Assembly: GCF_023555385.1 (NCBI RefSeq)
Contig: NZ_JAJSED010000001.1
Span: 1,964,311 to 2,028,310, forward strand
DNA from: Guyparkeria hydrothermalis
GTDB taxonomy: Bacteria; Pseudomonadota; Gammaproteobacteria; Halothiobacillales; Halothiobacillaceae
Length of the DNA stretch: 64,000 nucleotides
Direction: 5' to 3'
Of the stretch, positions 25,853 to 35,800 are shown in pieces. The position numbers and the translations under genes were made by a program. Positions within the stretch are counted from its first letter, which is position 1; each line of letters begins with the position of its first letter. The notes beneath the pieces were generated by a model, which ran no database searches, was not told the origin of the DNA, and was given only the letters and a program-made list of their open reading frames with translations.

Positions 25853-27694
25853 TTACCGGCCGTAGCGCAGGCCCACAAACACGCCGCGCGGTGCCGCGTA
25901 GTAACCGTAGACCGGTTGATAGTCGCGATCGAAGAGATTCTCGACGCGTGCTTCGACCCGCCAGTGGCGCGCGAAGCGGTAGCTGCCCCGCAGGTCGGCA
26001 GTGACGAACCCGTCGTTGTCTGGAGCGTAGGGACCACCTTCGGAACGGCTCTGACCCCAGAGGCTGCCACCGACGCTCCAGGCGCCCAGGCGCCGATCAA
26101 TATCCAGCCGGCCGCTCCAGCGCGGCTGGCGGACCAGTTGGTCGCCGCTGGCCCGGTCCTCGGTGGACAGGTAGGTGCTGTCGAACCGGGCGTGCCAGTC
26201 GTCGCTGGCGTAGCTCAGCACGAGTTCCGCACCACGCACGCGGGTTTCATCGAGATTGATCGGGTTCAGGCCGGTGCGGATCAGGTCGTCACCGTCGGTC
26301 TGGAAGACGTGCGCCTCGACGGAGACCGCCTTGCCCTGCCATTGGACGCCGCCGCGCGTGGTGCGGGTGCGTTCCGGCTCGAGATCCGGGTTGCTGTAGG
26401 CATCGTAGCTGCCCGTGTACCCGTTGTAGACCGGCGGGTAGTAGAGCAGGTTGAACGACGGGGCGATGAAGGCGGTGCCGTGGCCGGCCGTCAGCGTCCA
26501 GGCATCGGTCAGTGCGTAGGCCAGGTCCAGCGAGCCGGTGTTCGCCGTGCCGAACTGCTCGTTGAAGTCGCGGCGCAGGGCAAGCTGGACGCCGAGATCC
26601 CCCAGTTGCGAGTTGAGCTGGCCGAAGATGGCCTGGTTGTCGCGTTCGGTTTGCTCGAAGGCGGTCGTGCTCGACAACTCGTCACGGGTCTGATCGGCAC
26701 CGAGGGTGAGCGTGGTGTGAGGGCCGAGAAAGAAGTCGCCGGCCAGCGAGAGGGTGTCGCGACGGGTGTCGAAGCGGCTGATCAGGCTGCCGTCGCCAAA
26801 GTTGTCCTGGTAGTCCAGGTGGCGGCCAATGCGGGCTCGTAGCTGCCAGAAGTCAACGCGGCCGGTGGCGGCGGACAGGCCGAAGGTGGCCTGCTCGACG
26901 CTCGACTCGTTGGTGAAGCCGTCGTATTCGACGTCTGACGAACTGGCGAGGAAGTGGCCGCGGACATGGCCGCCGTCACCGAAGCGATAGCCGAGTTGGC
27001 CCTGGGCGGAATCGTTCACGTAGCCGTCGCTGTCGGGTTCGTCCGCATAGCAGGCCGATGTCGGGTCGTTTATGCAGGCGTCGAAGCCGTCGGTTTCGCG
27101 GTGCGCGATGCCGAGCGAATAGTCGACTGCCTCCTGCCGGCCGCCGACATGCCAGTCGGCCTCGCGCTGTCCGCGGGAACCCGCCCCGACGCCCCCCGAG
27201 ACCCGTGTGCCGTCGGCCGAGCCTTCGCGGGTGAAGATCTGGATGACCCCGCCGCCGGCATCCGCGCCCCACTGGCCTGAACGGGCGCCCCGCACGATCT
27301 CGATGCGCTCGATCTGGGCGAGCGGGATGTGTTCGAGGAAGGTCTGCCCGGCGGAGACCGAGCCGATGCGGACACCGTCGAGAAACACCGCCGTGCGGCT
27401 CGCGCTCTGTCCCCACAGGGAGATGTTGGTCGGCTTGCCGGCCCCGCCAAGGTTGGTCATCGTCACGCCCGCACGTCCGCGCAGCAGGGTGGCCAGCGAA
27501 TCGGCCTGGCTGCGCTCGATCTCTGCCCGGGTGATGACCGTCTCGGGCATGGCCGGCGCCGGTAGCGGCGCGCTGCGTGCGGCGGTGATATTGATCGGCC
27601 CGAGGCGATCATAGGCCGAGACCGTGGAGCTGAGGAAAAGGGCAACGCCACCGAGCCCGGCGGCCAGCGGCGGCAGGAAGAACTGCTTTGTCAT
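25853..27694 (-). CDS. btuB: TonB-dependent outer-membrane receptor, BtuB-like (vitamin B12)
   Basis: 613 aa, signal peptide, plug plus beta-barrel, C-terminal ...VFVGLRYGR aromatic terminus; cobalamin riboswitch in 5' leader. Confidence 0.8.
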   Translation of the reverse strand: MTKQFFLPPLAAGLGGVALFLSSTVSAYDRLGPINITAARSAPLPAPAMPETVITRAEIERSQADSLATLLRGRAGVTMTNLGGAGKPTNISLWGQSASRTAVFLDGVRIGSVSAGQTFLEHIPLAQIERIEIVRGARSGQWGADAGGGVIQIFTREGSADGTRVSGGVGAGSRGQREADWHVGGRQEAVDYSLGIAHRETDGFDACINDPTSACYADEPDSDGYVNDSAQGQLGYRFGDGGHVRGHFLASSSDVEYDGFTNESSVEQATFGLSAATGRVDFWQLRARIGRHLDYQDNFGDGSLISRFDTRRDTLSLAGDFFLGPHTTLTLGADQTRDELSSTTAFEQTERDNQAIFGQLNSQLGDLGVQLALRRDFNEQFGTANTGSLDLAYALTDAWTLTAGHGTAFIAPSFNLLYYPPVYNGYTGSYDAYSNPDLEPERTRTTRGGVQWQGKAVSVEAHVFQTDGDDLIRTGLNPINLDETRVRGAELVLSYASDDWHARFDSTYLSTEDRASGDQLVRQPRWSGRLDIDRRLGAWSVGGSLWGQSRSEGGPYAPDNDGFVTADLRGSYRFARHWRVEARVENLFDRDYQPVYGYYAAPRGVFVGLRYGR

Positions 27695-27744
27695 GGGAAA
27701 TGATCACTGCATCGACCAGCCCACCGCAGGTCGAGAAAGCCGAT

Positions 27745-27935
27745 CAGAGGCCGGTCTCCGGGCTCGTGGTCTACCGGCATCGCCTTCCCGGCCCGTGGGC
27801 CAGTGGCTTGGAACCGCTCGTGGTTCCTGCATGATGCCGACGTCACCACCTACCGTTGCGGGGGCAGCACAGGCGTTCGACCTGTTTCCCTGTTTCAGCG
27901 ACCGCCGCAGCATGCCTGTCGGGATCGCCACCTCT
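27745..27935 (-). promoter_or_regulatory. cobalamin (B12) riboswitch in btuB leader
   Basis: Minus-strand reading gives GGTGGCGATCC...AACAGGGAAACAGGTCGAA...GCTGCCCCCGCAACGGT...AGCCACTGGCC...GGGAAGGC...GAGCCCGGAGACCGGCC, matching conserved cobalamin-riboswitch blocks including the B12 box. Confidence 0.8.
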
Positions 27936-28097
27936 GACGTCGACGCGCATTGTTGGCAATTCGCCGGGTGAAGGCAAGCCGGCGGGCTGAGCGTCGCTCA
28001 TGGTTTGCATGAATCACGGCGCTGCCCCAACTCGCGGGCGCCGTGAAAGTTGTCGGCTACAATGGGGTCGCCCCACTTGTCTAGGAACGGAGAGTTC

Positions 28098-28667
28098 ATG
28101 CCCCTGACCGCCCCGCCGACGATTCGGACCGTTCGCCCGCTCGCCGAAACCCGGCTGTTCCGGATCGAGGGCGTGGATCTGCGTTTCGACAACGGCACCC
28201 AGGTGAGCTTCGAGCGGTTGAAGGGCAGTGCGCAGGGCGCGGTGATCGTCGCCGCGGTGACCGACGATGACCGGTTCGTGCTGATTCGCGAGTACGCCTG
28301 CGGGACCGAGCGCTACGAACTCGGCCTGCCCAAGGGGCGGATCGACGCCGGCGAGAACCCGATGGAAGCGGCGAACCGCGAGCTGATGGAAGAAGCCGGC
28401 TTTGCCGCCAAGCGGCTCACCCGGCTCAACGAAATGACCATGGCGCCGACCTACTCGGGGCAGCGTACCCAGCTGGTGCTGGCCGAGTCGCTGTATCCCG
28501 CGAGCCTGCCGGGCGACGAGCCCGAGCCGCTCGAGGTCAGCTTCCTGCCGATCGCCGAGCTCGACGATTTCGCGGCATCGGGCGACTGTTCGGAGGCGCG
28601 CTCGCTGGCTGCCATGTATCTGGTGCGTGCGCATCGGCAGAGACGGGAGAGGGAAGGAGCCGCGTGA
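28098..28667 (+). CDS. nudE: ADP compounds hydrolase NudE (NUDIX)
   Basis: NUDIX box GLPKGRIDAGENPMEAANRELMEEAGF; adjacent to cysQ as in other gammaproteobacteria. Confidence 0.75.
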   Translation: MPLTAPPTIRTVRPLAETRLFRIEGVDLRFDNGTQVSFERLKGSAQGAVIVAAVTDDDRFVLIREYACGTERYELGLPKGRIDAGENPMEAANRELMEEAGFAAKRLTRLNEMTMAPTYSGQRTQLVLAESLYPASLPGDEPEPLEVSFLPIAELDDFAASGDCSEARSLAAMYLVRAHRQRREREGAA

Positions 28668-29521
28668 ACGAGACTGCCAAAAGCCAACGGATGGGCACGC
28701 CGGCCGGGGTGGATCGGGCCCTGCTCGACGAGGTGCGAGCGATCGCGGAGGCTGCGGGGCACGCGATCATGCGGGTCTATGAGCAGGACTTTGCCGTCGA
28801 GCGCAAGGCGGACGCCTCGCCCGTGACCGAGGCCGATCTGGTGGCCAACCAGCTGATCGCCGAGCAGTTGGCCGGACTCGGCGACGGCTGGCCGGTGCTG
28901 ACCGAGGAGGCGCGTGCGCCGGCCTGGCACGAGCGCCGCGAGTGGCAGCGTTACTGGTTGGTCGACCCGCTCGATGGCACTCGCGAGTTCGTCAAGCGAA
29001 ACGGTGAGTTCTCGGTCAACATTGCCCTGATCGATGCCGGCGAGCCGGTGCTGGGCGTGGTGTTCGCCCCGGCGATCGGCCTCGAATATGCCGCGATCCG
29101 CGGCGCCGGGGCATGGCGCTACGATGACGGTCAGGCGTGCCCCATTCGGGTGCGGGCGGTGGCCGAACCGCCCACGCTGGCCTTGTCGCGTTCGCATGCC
29201 AGTCGGCGTGAGATGCACCTGATCGAGACCTTCTCCAGGCCGGGTGGTGATCGTGCCACCGTCGTGCGCTGCGGCAGTTCGCTCAAGACCTGCCTGGTCG
29301 CCGAGGGCAAGGCCGACCTCTACCCGCGTCTGGGTCCGACCTCGGAGTGGGATACGGCCGCTTCGCAGTGCGTGCTGGAGACCGCCGGTGGCTATCTGAC
29401 CGACCTGGCCGGTCGACCGTTGCGCTACAACACGCGCGAGTCGCTGCTCAACCCGATGTTCGTTGCGCACAACGGCATCGAACTGGATTTCGCGCGGCTA
29501 CACGAGATCGCCGCGCTCTGA
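28664..29521 (+). CDS. cysQ: 3'(2'),5'-bisphosphate nucleotidase CysQ
   Basis: Inositol monophosphatase-family motifs (WLVDPLDGT, ...); 4-nt overlap with nudE. Confidence 0.85.
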   Translation: MNETAKSQRMGTPAGVDRALLDEVRAIAEAAGHAIMRVYEQDFAVERKADASPVTEADLVANQLIAEQLAGLGDGWPVLTEEARAPAWHERREWQRYWLVDPLDGTREFVKRNGEFSVNIALIDAGEPVLGVVFAPAIGLEYAAIRGAGAWRYDDGQACPIRVRAVAEPPTLALSRSHASRREMHLIETFSRPGGDRATVVRCGSSLKTCLVAEGKADLYPRLGPTSEWDTAASQCVLETAGGYLTDLAGRPLRYNTRESLLNPMFVAHNGIELDFARLHEIAAL

Positions 29522-29543
29522 GCCCGTTACATGGTTGGCCGGT

Positions 29544-29948
29544 TCACTCGCTGGCCGGTTCGGCCTGCATCCAGCCGTTCTTGCCGTCGATCAGTCTCAA
29601 GCGCGTGCGGTAGGGACGCGTCTCGCCGGCTTCGAACTGACCGAAGCGGAGCATCAGTCCCAGCCGGGTCAGGCTTTCCATCGCCCCGCCGTTCTCCTGC
29701 ATGTCCTCGGCTACCTCGGTCAGGCTCTGCGGGAAGCGGAGCGTCGCCTCCACGTCCACCAGCCACATGTCTCGCTGCTGGGCGGCGTTCATGTTGTCGA
29801 TCGATTCGACCACGACCACCTCGCGGGAGGGGTCGAGTTCCGCCTGAAGGATCTCGCGCACGTCCGCTTGGTTCGGTCCGCCCAGGCCGCAGCCGGCGAG
29901 CAGGATGGCCAGGAGCAGACCGCTGAGTGTCGCGATCGAACGGTTCAT
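29544..29948 (-). CDS. hypothetical lipoprotein
   Basis: Lipobox LLAGC after signal peptide; no family recognised. Confidence 0.5.
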   Translation of the reverse strand: MNRSIATLSGLLLAILLAGCGLGGPNQADVREILQAELDPSREVVVVESIDNMNAAQQRDMWLVDVEATLRFPQSLTEVAEDMQENGGAMESLTRLGLMLRFGQFEAGETRPYRTRLRLIDGKNGWMQAEPASE

Positions 29949-30241
29949 TCGGGCCGTGCCTTGCCGGCGCGGATGCCGGCCTTGAGGTTGTCCCAGTGCG
30001 CCCAGTTGTCGGCGGTGGGGGGCATCTGCAGGTGGAAACCCAGCTTTTCGATGTGGTCGCGCACCGTCGTGGTGTCGGTCCGGGCCAGCTGCCGGTCTTC
30101 CGACAGGTCCAGTTCCATGACGAACTCGAGCTCGCCGAGGCGCTCGCGCACCGTTGCGTCCAGTTCGTCGAGGTCCTGTCCCTCGCGCACGAACAAGTAC
30201 ATGTCGGGGTTCTTGCGGCTCTTGAAGATATGGGCCTGCAT
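29945..30241 (-). CDS. YcgL domain protein
   Basis: 98 aa, MYLFVREGQDLDELD motif typical of YcgL family; 4-nt overlap with downstream lipoprotein gene. Confidence 0.6.
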   Translation of the reverse strand: MQAHIFKSRKNPDMYLFVREGQDLDELDATVRERLGELEFVMELDLSEDRQLARTDTTTVRDHIEKLGFHLQMPPTADNWAHWDNLKAGIRAGKARPE

Positions 30242-30307
30242 GGCGTGATGCTTGGGTTGTGAATGGGGCGACGATTGTCGCAGATTCGGGCCGATCGCGG
30301 CAGTTGC

Positions 30308-30937
30308 CTATCGGTAGCCGGGAAAACCGCCCGGATAGCGTCCGGAATAGCCGGGTTCCTTGATGGGCTTGCCGTCGGCCGAATAGGGGTCGCGCGGCGG
30401 ATGGTCCCTGTCACCCACGCGTGGCTGGTGGTGCGGCGGGTAGTGACGCGGTAACGGGTAGCGCTGGCCGAACCACAGCGACAGCCCGTCGTCGCTCAGT
30501 TGCAGCCCGCCGTGCGAGCGGTCCCGATAACGGTCGTAGGGGGCGAGCGGATAACCGCGCGGGTAGTACCCTCCGTCACGCCATGGCGTGATCACCGTCA
30601 CCTCCGGGTTGGCCAGCCGCTCCTCGAGAGCGCGGCGACGTGCCTCTTCCCGAGCGCGCTCGGTCGCTTTGCGCTCGGCCTCGCGGCGGGCCTCGTATTC
30701 ACGGGCCATCTGTTCGATACCTTTCCGTGCCGCCTCGCCGCCGCTTCCCGCTTCGGGTGCCGTGACCGTCTGCACTTCCATTTCACCGTTGCAGGGTTCG
30801 TCCGAGAACACGATCCGGCCGTCGGAGTGGATGCACTTGTAGACCGTGGCCTGTTCCGCGGCGATCGCCCATGGCGCAGTTGTCAGCAGCCAGGCGCTCA
30901 CGATCAGTCGGTAGGCCTTTCTTGGCAGATGTTTCAT
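30308..30937 (-). CDS. DUF4124 domain secreted protein with Pro/Arg/Tyr-rich C-terminal tail
   Basis: Signal peptide, VYKCIHSDGRIVFSDEPC motif of DUF4124, charged coiled-coil segment, low-complexity tail. Confidence 0.6.
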   Translation of the reverse strand: MKHLPRKAYRLIVSAWLLTTAPWAIAAEQATVYKCIHSDGRIVFSDEPCNGEMEVQTVTAPEAGSGGEAARKGIEQMAREYEARREAERKATERAREEARRRALEERLANPEVTVITPWRDGGYYPRGYPLAPYDRYRDRSHGGLQLSDDGLSLWFGQRYPLPRHYPPHHQPRVGDRDHPPRDPYSADGKPIKEPGYSGRYPGGFPGYR

Positions 30938-31150
30938 GTCCACACCCCTTCGTCTCGTAGATCGTTATAGACCAGTCGCGGCATGCGAAGTATCCCGCTG
31001 CCGTCGAGGCGGCATGCGCGGGGTCAGCCGCGAAGGCCGCAACGAGCGAATTGCCGCCGTTGTGAGGTCGTTCTGTAGCGGAATTGCCAGCGTCATGAGG
31101 CGCGGGTAGTCTTCCCCGCTTGGATTGACTGAATCAAAGGGAGTTGATGA

Positions 31151-32851
31151 ATGTTCTACCTCGTGCTTACTGCCGCCCTGGTGGTGGCTGGCCTGGCCCT
31201 GTTCAAGTGGGAACCGGAGCGGCTTGGATCCAAGTCGCGGTTCGTCGGCGGGGCCATGCTGGTCCTTGCCGTTCTCACCTTCTTCAGTACCAGCTTCGTC
31301 ATTATCGGTCAGGATTCCGTCGGGCACCTGAAGCGCGTCTATTTCGGCAAGCCGCTGCCCAAGGGCGCAATCATCGCGCCCGATGCCAGTTTCAATGGCC
31401 CGCAGGCGGAGATCCTGGGGCCCGGCCTGACCTTCAAGCCGTTTCTCAACGTGATCTACGACGTCGAGGAATGGCCCGTCCAGGAGATCAAGGACGGTCA
31501 GCTCGGCGTGCTGACCGCGCGTGACGGCCGCCCCCTGCGACCCAGCCAGTACCTTGCCGATCCCTGGCCGGACGTCGAGCGCATGCTCGATGCGAAAACC
31601 TTCCTCACCGAAGGCGGGCAGAAGGGCACGCAGCTGACGGTGCTCAAGCCGGGCAAGTACCGCTACAACCAGTACCTGTTCGAGATCGTCCGGCATCGCG
31701 CGCTGGAGGTGGCCGACGGCCATGTCGCCGTGATCAAGTCGAACGTGGCGGAACGAGACGATTGCAACGTGCCCGTGCCGGGGTCGGAGACCAACCAGGC
31801 GCTTTCCGCCTCGGTGGTCGATCGCGGCTGCATCGGTGTCTGGGACGAGCCCTTGATGCCTGGCAAGTACTTCCTGAATCCCGTGGCCTACAAGCCAATC
31901 ATCGTGCCCACGCGGGTGCAGAAATGGGAATACAAGGGCGGGTATTCCACCCGCCAGATCGATCTGACCATCGGCGACAACGGCGAGATCCAGCAACGCG
32001 AGTTTCCCATCGAGGCTCCGGTGCCGGAGGATGCCGCCGATCAGGCGATTCGCGTGATCACCGAGGGGTGGCCCGTTCCCCTGGAGATGCGCATGGCGAT
32101 CCAGGTCGCGCCGCGTGACGCGCCGCGCGTGGTCGCCGCGGTGGGCAATCTCGGTGCGGTCGAGGACAAGATCGCGACACCTGCCCTGCGCTCGGTCATG
32201 CGCAACATTACTGGCGAGAAGGAACGCAAGGTGATGGACCTGATCGAGGAACGCGAGCAGATGGAGGCCGCGGCCGAAACGGTGCTCGAGCCGGAGCTCT
32301 TCAAGGCGGGGGTGACCCTCAAGGAGATCCGCTTCGGCGATCCGGTGATCCCGCCCGAGCTTCTTCTCACCCGCCAGCGCGAACAGCTGGCCACGCAGAT
32401 GAAGCAGACCTACGAGCAGGAGCGCGAGGCGCAACTCGAGCGGATCGAGCGCGAAAAGGCCAAGGCGGAAGCGGACCAACAGAGCGAACTGGTCAAGGCG
32501 GAAATCGGCGTGCAGCGTGCCGAGCAGGAGAAGGAGCGCATGCGTCTGTTGGGCGAGGGCGAGAAGTTGCGCCTGTCCGAGATCGCCAAGGGCCAGGAAG
32601 CCCAGGTGGCCGTGCTCGGGCAGCACAACGCCATGCAGCTGGCCGTGCTCACGCAGATCCTCGATGCGGCGAAGGAGAACGCCGACATCATCAAGGTGCC
32701 GACCAGTCAGATTCTGGTTCAGGGCGAGGCTTCCGCCGACGGGCTGAACTCCATGGCCGCCATCCTCGGTGGCAGTAATATCGCGCAGGGCATCATGCGG
32801 CCGGTGGCGCCCGCGGAGCGACAGGGTGAGAGGCGCAGCCGGACGCCCTAG
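31151..32851 (+). CDS. SPFH/band-7 (flotillin-like) membrane protein with long coiled-coil
   Basis: N-terminal TM helices, SPFH-like core, EA/KQ-rich coiled-coil C-terminal region (EQEREAQLERIEREKAKAEADQQSEL). Confidence 0.7.
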   Translation: MFYLVLTAALVVAGLALFKWEPERLGSKSRFVGGAMLVLAVLTFFSTSFVIIGQDSVGHLKRVYFGKPLPKGAIIAPDASFNGPQAEILGPGLTFKPFLNVIYDVEEWPVQEIKDGQLGVLTARDGRPLRPSQYLADPWPDVERMLDAKTFLTEGGQKGTQLTVLKPGKYRYNQYLFEIVRHRALEVADGHVAVIKSNVAERDDCNVPVPGSETNQALSASVVDRGCIGVWDEPLMPGKYFLNPVAYKPIIVPTRVQKWEYKGGYSTRQIDLTIGDNGEIQQREFPIEAPVPEDAADQAIRVITEGWPVPLEMRMAIQVAPRDAPRVVAAVGNLGAVEDKIATPALRSVMRNITGEKERKVMDLIEEREQMEAAAETVLEPELFKAGVTLKEIRFGDPVIPPELLLTRQREQLATQMKQTYEQEREAQLERIEREKAKAEADQQSELVKAEIGVQRAEQEKERMRLLGEGEKLRLSEIAKGQEAQVAVLGQHNAMQLAVLTQILDAAKENADIIKVPTSQILVQGEASADGLNSMAAILGGSNIAQGIMRPVAPAERQGERRSRTP

Positions 32852-32875
32852 CGCGGGGCATCACCCCGCTCGCAT

Positions 32876-35800
32876 CTAGCCGGCGAGCGCCGCCTCGACG
32901 TCCTTGGCCTTGGGCGCGCCCTTGCCGGCCAGTTCCTGGGCGAAAACCGCCAGCCGGTGACCCTCGATCAGATCGAGTAGCGCCTCGCGGCGTTGCCATT
33001 CGGGCAGGTCGGGAGTGCCCTTGGTCAGACGGTTTCTCACCTGTTCGGCCAGCGGCGCGAACGGCACGCGCAGCATGCGGTCGCGTTCGGGTTGTCGTTC
33101 GGTCTTTTCCAGACGCTTTTCAGCACCCTCGAGGTAACGCGGCAGGGCGGTCAGGCGTTCGCCACTGGCCAGCCAGATGAAGCGGGGGTGGACCAGCATG
33201 TCGAGCTGTTCGCCGATCTCGCGCGCCGCCTCGATCACCGACAGCGGCAACCGGCCGTTCAGCTGGCGGCGCAGGCCGTGCTGCTTCTCGAGGATGGCCT
33301 TGACCGACTGGGCCAGCTCGCTCGCCCGTTCGCCCAGTGCCTGGTCCAGCCGGTCGAGTCGTTCGCGGAAGGTGGCCTCGTCGCGCACCGGCGGTTCGCC
33401 AGCGACCGCCAGCTCCCAGGCGGCGCGGAAGACCAGTTCCTGGTCGAAAGCTCGGTCGGCCCGTTTCGGTCGCTGCATGCCCTCTTCCGGCACGGGGCGG
33501 GTCTGCTTCAGACGGCTGTAGTGCAGCCGGACGGTGTCGAGCGAGCGGTCGCCGCGTAGGTCGGATTCGGCCTGGCGGACCTGCTGGGCGCGGGCCAGCA
33601 GCATCAGGCGGACCACGCCGGCCTCGTGGATCAGCCGCGCGCGTTCGGGATCGTCGATCAGCTCGACCTGCACCGCATCGCCGTCGTCGACCAGCGCCGG
33701 ATGAGCCTCGATCTGCGCGCCGCCGCTGTCGATGGTGAGCGTGTCGGGCAGTTCGCCGAGATCCCACTCGCTGGTGCGATGGTCCTCGAGGCGGTGCTTG
33801 GAGCGCTGGTTGAAGGCCTGCCGGGCGCGCTGGGCCTGCCGACCGCGCAGCGCATTGATGTCGCGGTCGGCGTCGATCGGCTCGCCGTCCTCGTCGACGG
33901 CGACGAAGCGCATGCGCAAGTGCTCGGGCAGTTTCGTCTCGTCGAGCAGTGCCGGGTCGACCTCGTGACCGGTCATGCGGCGCAGCTCGTCGGCGACCGC
34001 CTGGGTCAGCGGCAGGTCGGTGTCGCCGATGCGTTCCTCGACCGCCTCGGCGAAGCTTGGTGCGGGCACGAAGTGGCGGCGCTCGGCCTTGGGCAGGCCG
34101 CGGATCAGGGTCTCGATCTTCTCGCGGCGCAGGCCCGGCACCAGGTGGGTGGTCGGGGCGGCGTCGAATGAGTCGAGCAGGCCGATGGGGATGTGCAGGC
34201 TGACGCCGTCGTCCGGCTCGCCGGGGGCGAAGTGGTAGGAGAGCTTCAGGCGATAGCGACCGGCCTGCCAGTGATCGGGCAACTCGGCCAGTCGCCGGTC
34301 GTCAGGTTCGCTGGCCAGCAGATCCTCACGGGTCAGCTCGAGGCTGCCGGCGGCGGCGCGATCCTTCTTGATCCAGTGATGCAGCTTGCGCGCGTCGGTG
34401 ACATGCGCCGGGATGCGGGCATCGTAGAAGTCGAACAAAGCCTGTTCGTCGACCAGAAAGGCCGGTCGGCGCAACTTGGCCTCGAGCGTCTGGATCTCCT
34501 CGATCAACGCCTGGTTGTGCTGCCAGAACGGCTGGCTGGATTCGAAGTCGCCCTCGACCAGCGCCCGGCGGATGAAGATCTCGCGCGCCTCGACGGGATC
34601 GATGCGGCCGTAGTCGACCCGTTTCTTGGTGACGATCGGCAGGCCGAACAGCCGGGTGGTCTCGAAGGCGCCCACCCGGCCGGATTTCGCATCCCAGCTC
34701 GGTTCGTTGTATTCGCGGGTCACCAGGTGTTCGGCCAGCGGCTCGAGCCAGCGCGGGTTGATAGGCGCGTTCATCCGGGCGAACACCCGCGAGGTCTCGA
34801 CGATCTCGGCGGCGACCACCCACTTGGGCTGAGCCTTGACGCTCACCGAGCCGGGGAACAGGTAGAAGCGGCGGTTGTGGGCGCCGAGATACACCGTCGG
34901 GGCACGGCGCTTCTTGCCGCGGTGATCACCGGCGGCCTGCTGGTATTTCTTCGGCGGGGCCGGGTCGCGCATGCCGATCTGGTCGAGCAGCCCGGCGAGT
35001 GCCGCCTGGTGGAGCTGCTCGAGGCGGCCGGCGAGCTTGCCGGGCAGTTTCTGCTTCTCGCCTTCCCTGGAATTCTCCTGGGGCTTCTCCGGCATGACGA
35101 TCGGCTCGAATTCCGGCAGGCGGATGCGGAACATCTCGTCGACCGAGCCGCGCAGCTGGCCGACCAGGTCGTGCCACTCGATCAGGCGGTTCGCGTTCAG
35201 GAAGCGCTTGATCGCCCACTGGCGTGCCTGGCGGCGGCTCTTGTGGCGGCGCACCTCGTGCCAGGCCGACCACAGGGCGAGCGCGCTGGCAAAGTCCGAG
35301 CCGGCCAGGGCGAACTCGGCGTGGGCGGCATCGGCCGCACCGCGGGCATCGGCCGGCCGCTCGCGCGGATCCTGGATGGCGAGGAAGGCGGCCAGCACCA
35401 GCATGTCCTCGGTGGCCCGCTCGCCGTGCTCGCGCGCCGCGACGATCATCCGGCCCAACGCCGGGTCGATCGGCAGGCGCGAGAGCTTGCGGCCGATATC
35501 GGTCAGCCGGCCGTGCTCGTCGAGCGCACGCAGCTCGAACAGGTGCTTGCGGGCGGTGGCCAGCTGGCGCGGGTCCGGCGGCTCGATGAAGGGAAATTCC
35601 TCGGCGTGACCTAGCTTCAGCGCGTCGAGCTGCAAGAGCACCGAGGCGAGGTTGCTCCTGAGGATCTCCGGGTCGGTGAAGGCCGGGCGCTGCTCGAAAT
35701 CCTCCTCCTCGTAGAGGCGGATGCACACGCCCGGGGCGATCCGGCCGCAGCGCCCGGCACGCTGGTTGGCCGAGGCCTGCGAGACCGGCTCGATGCCGAG

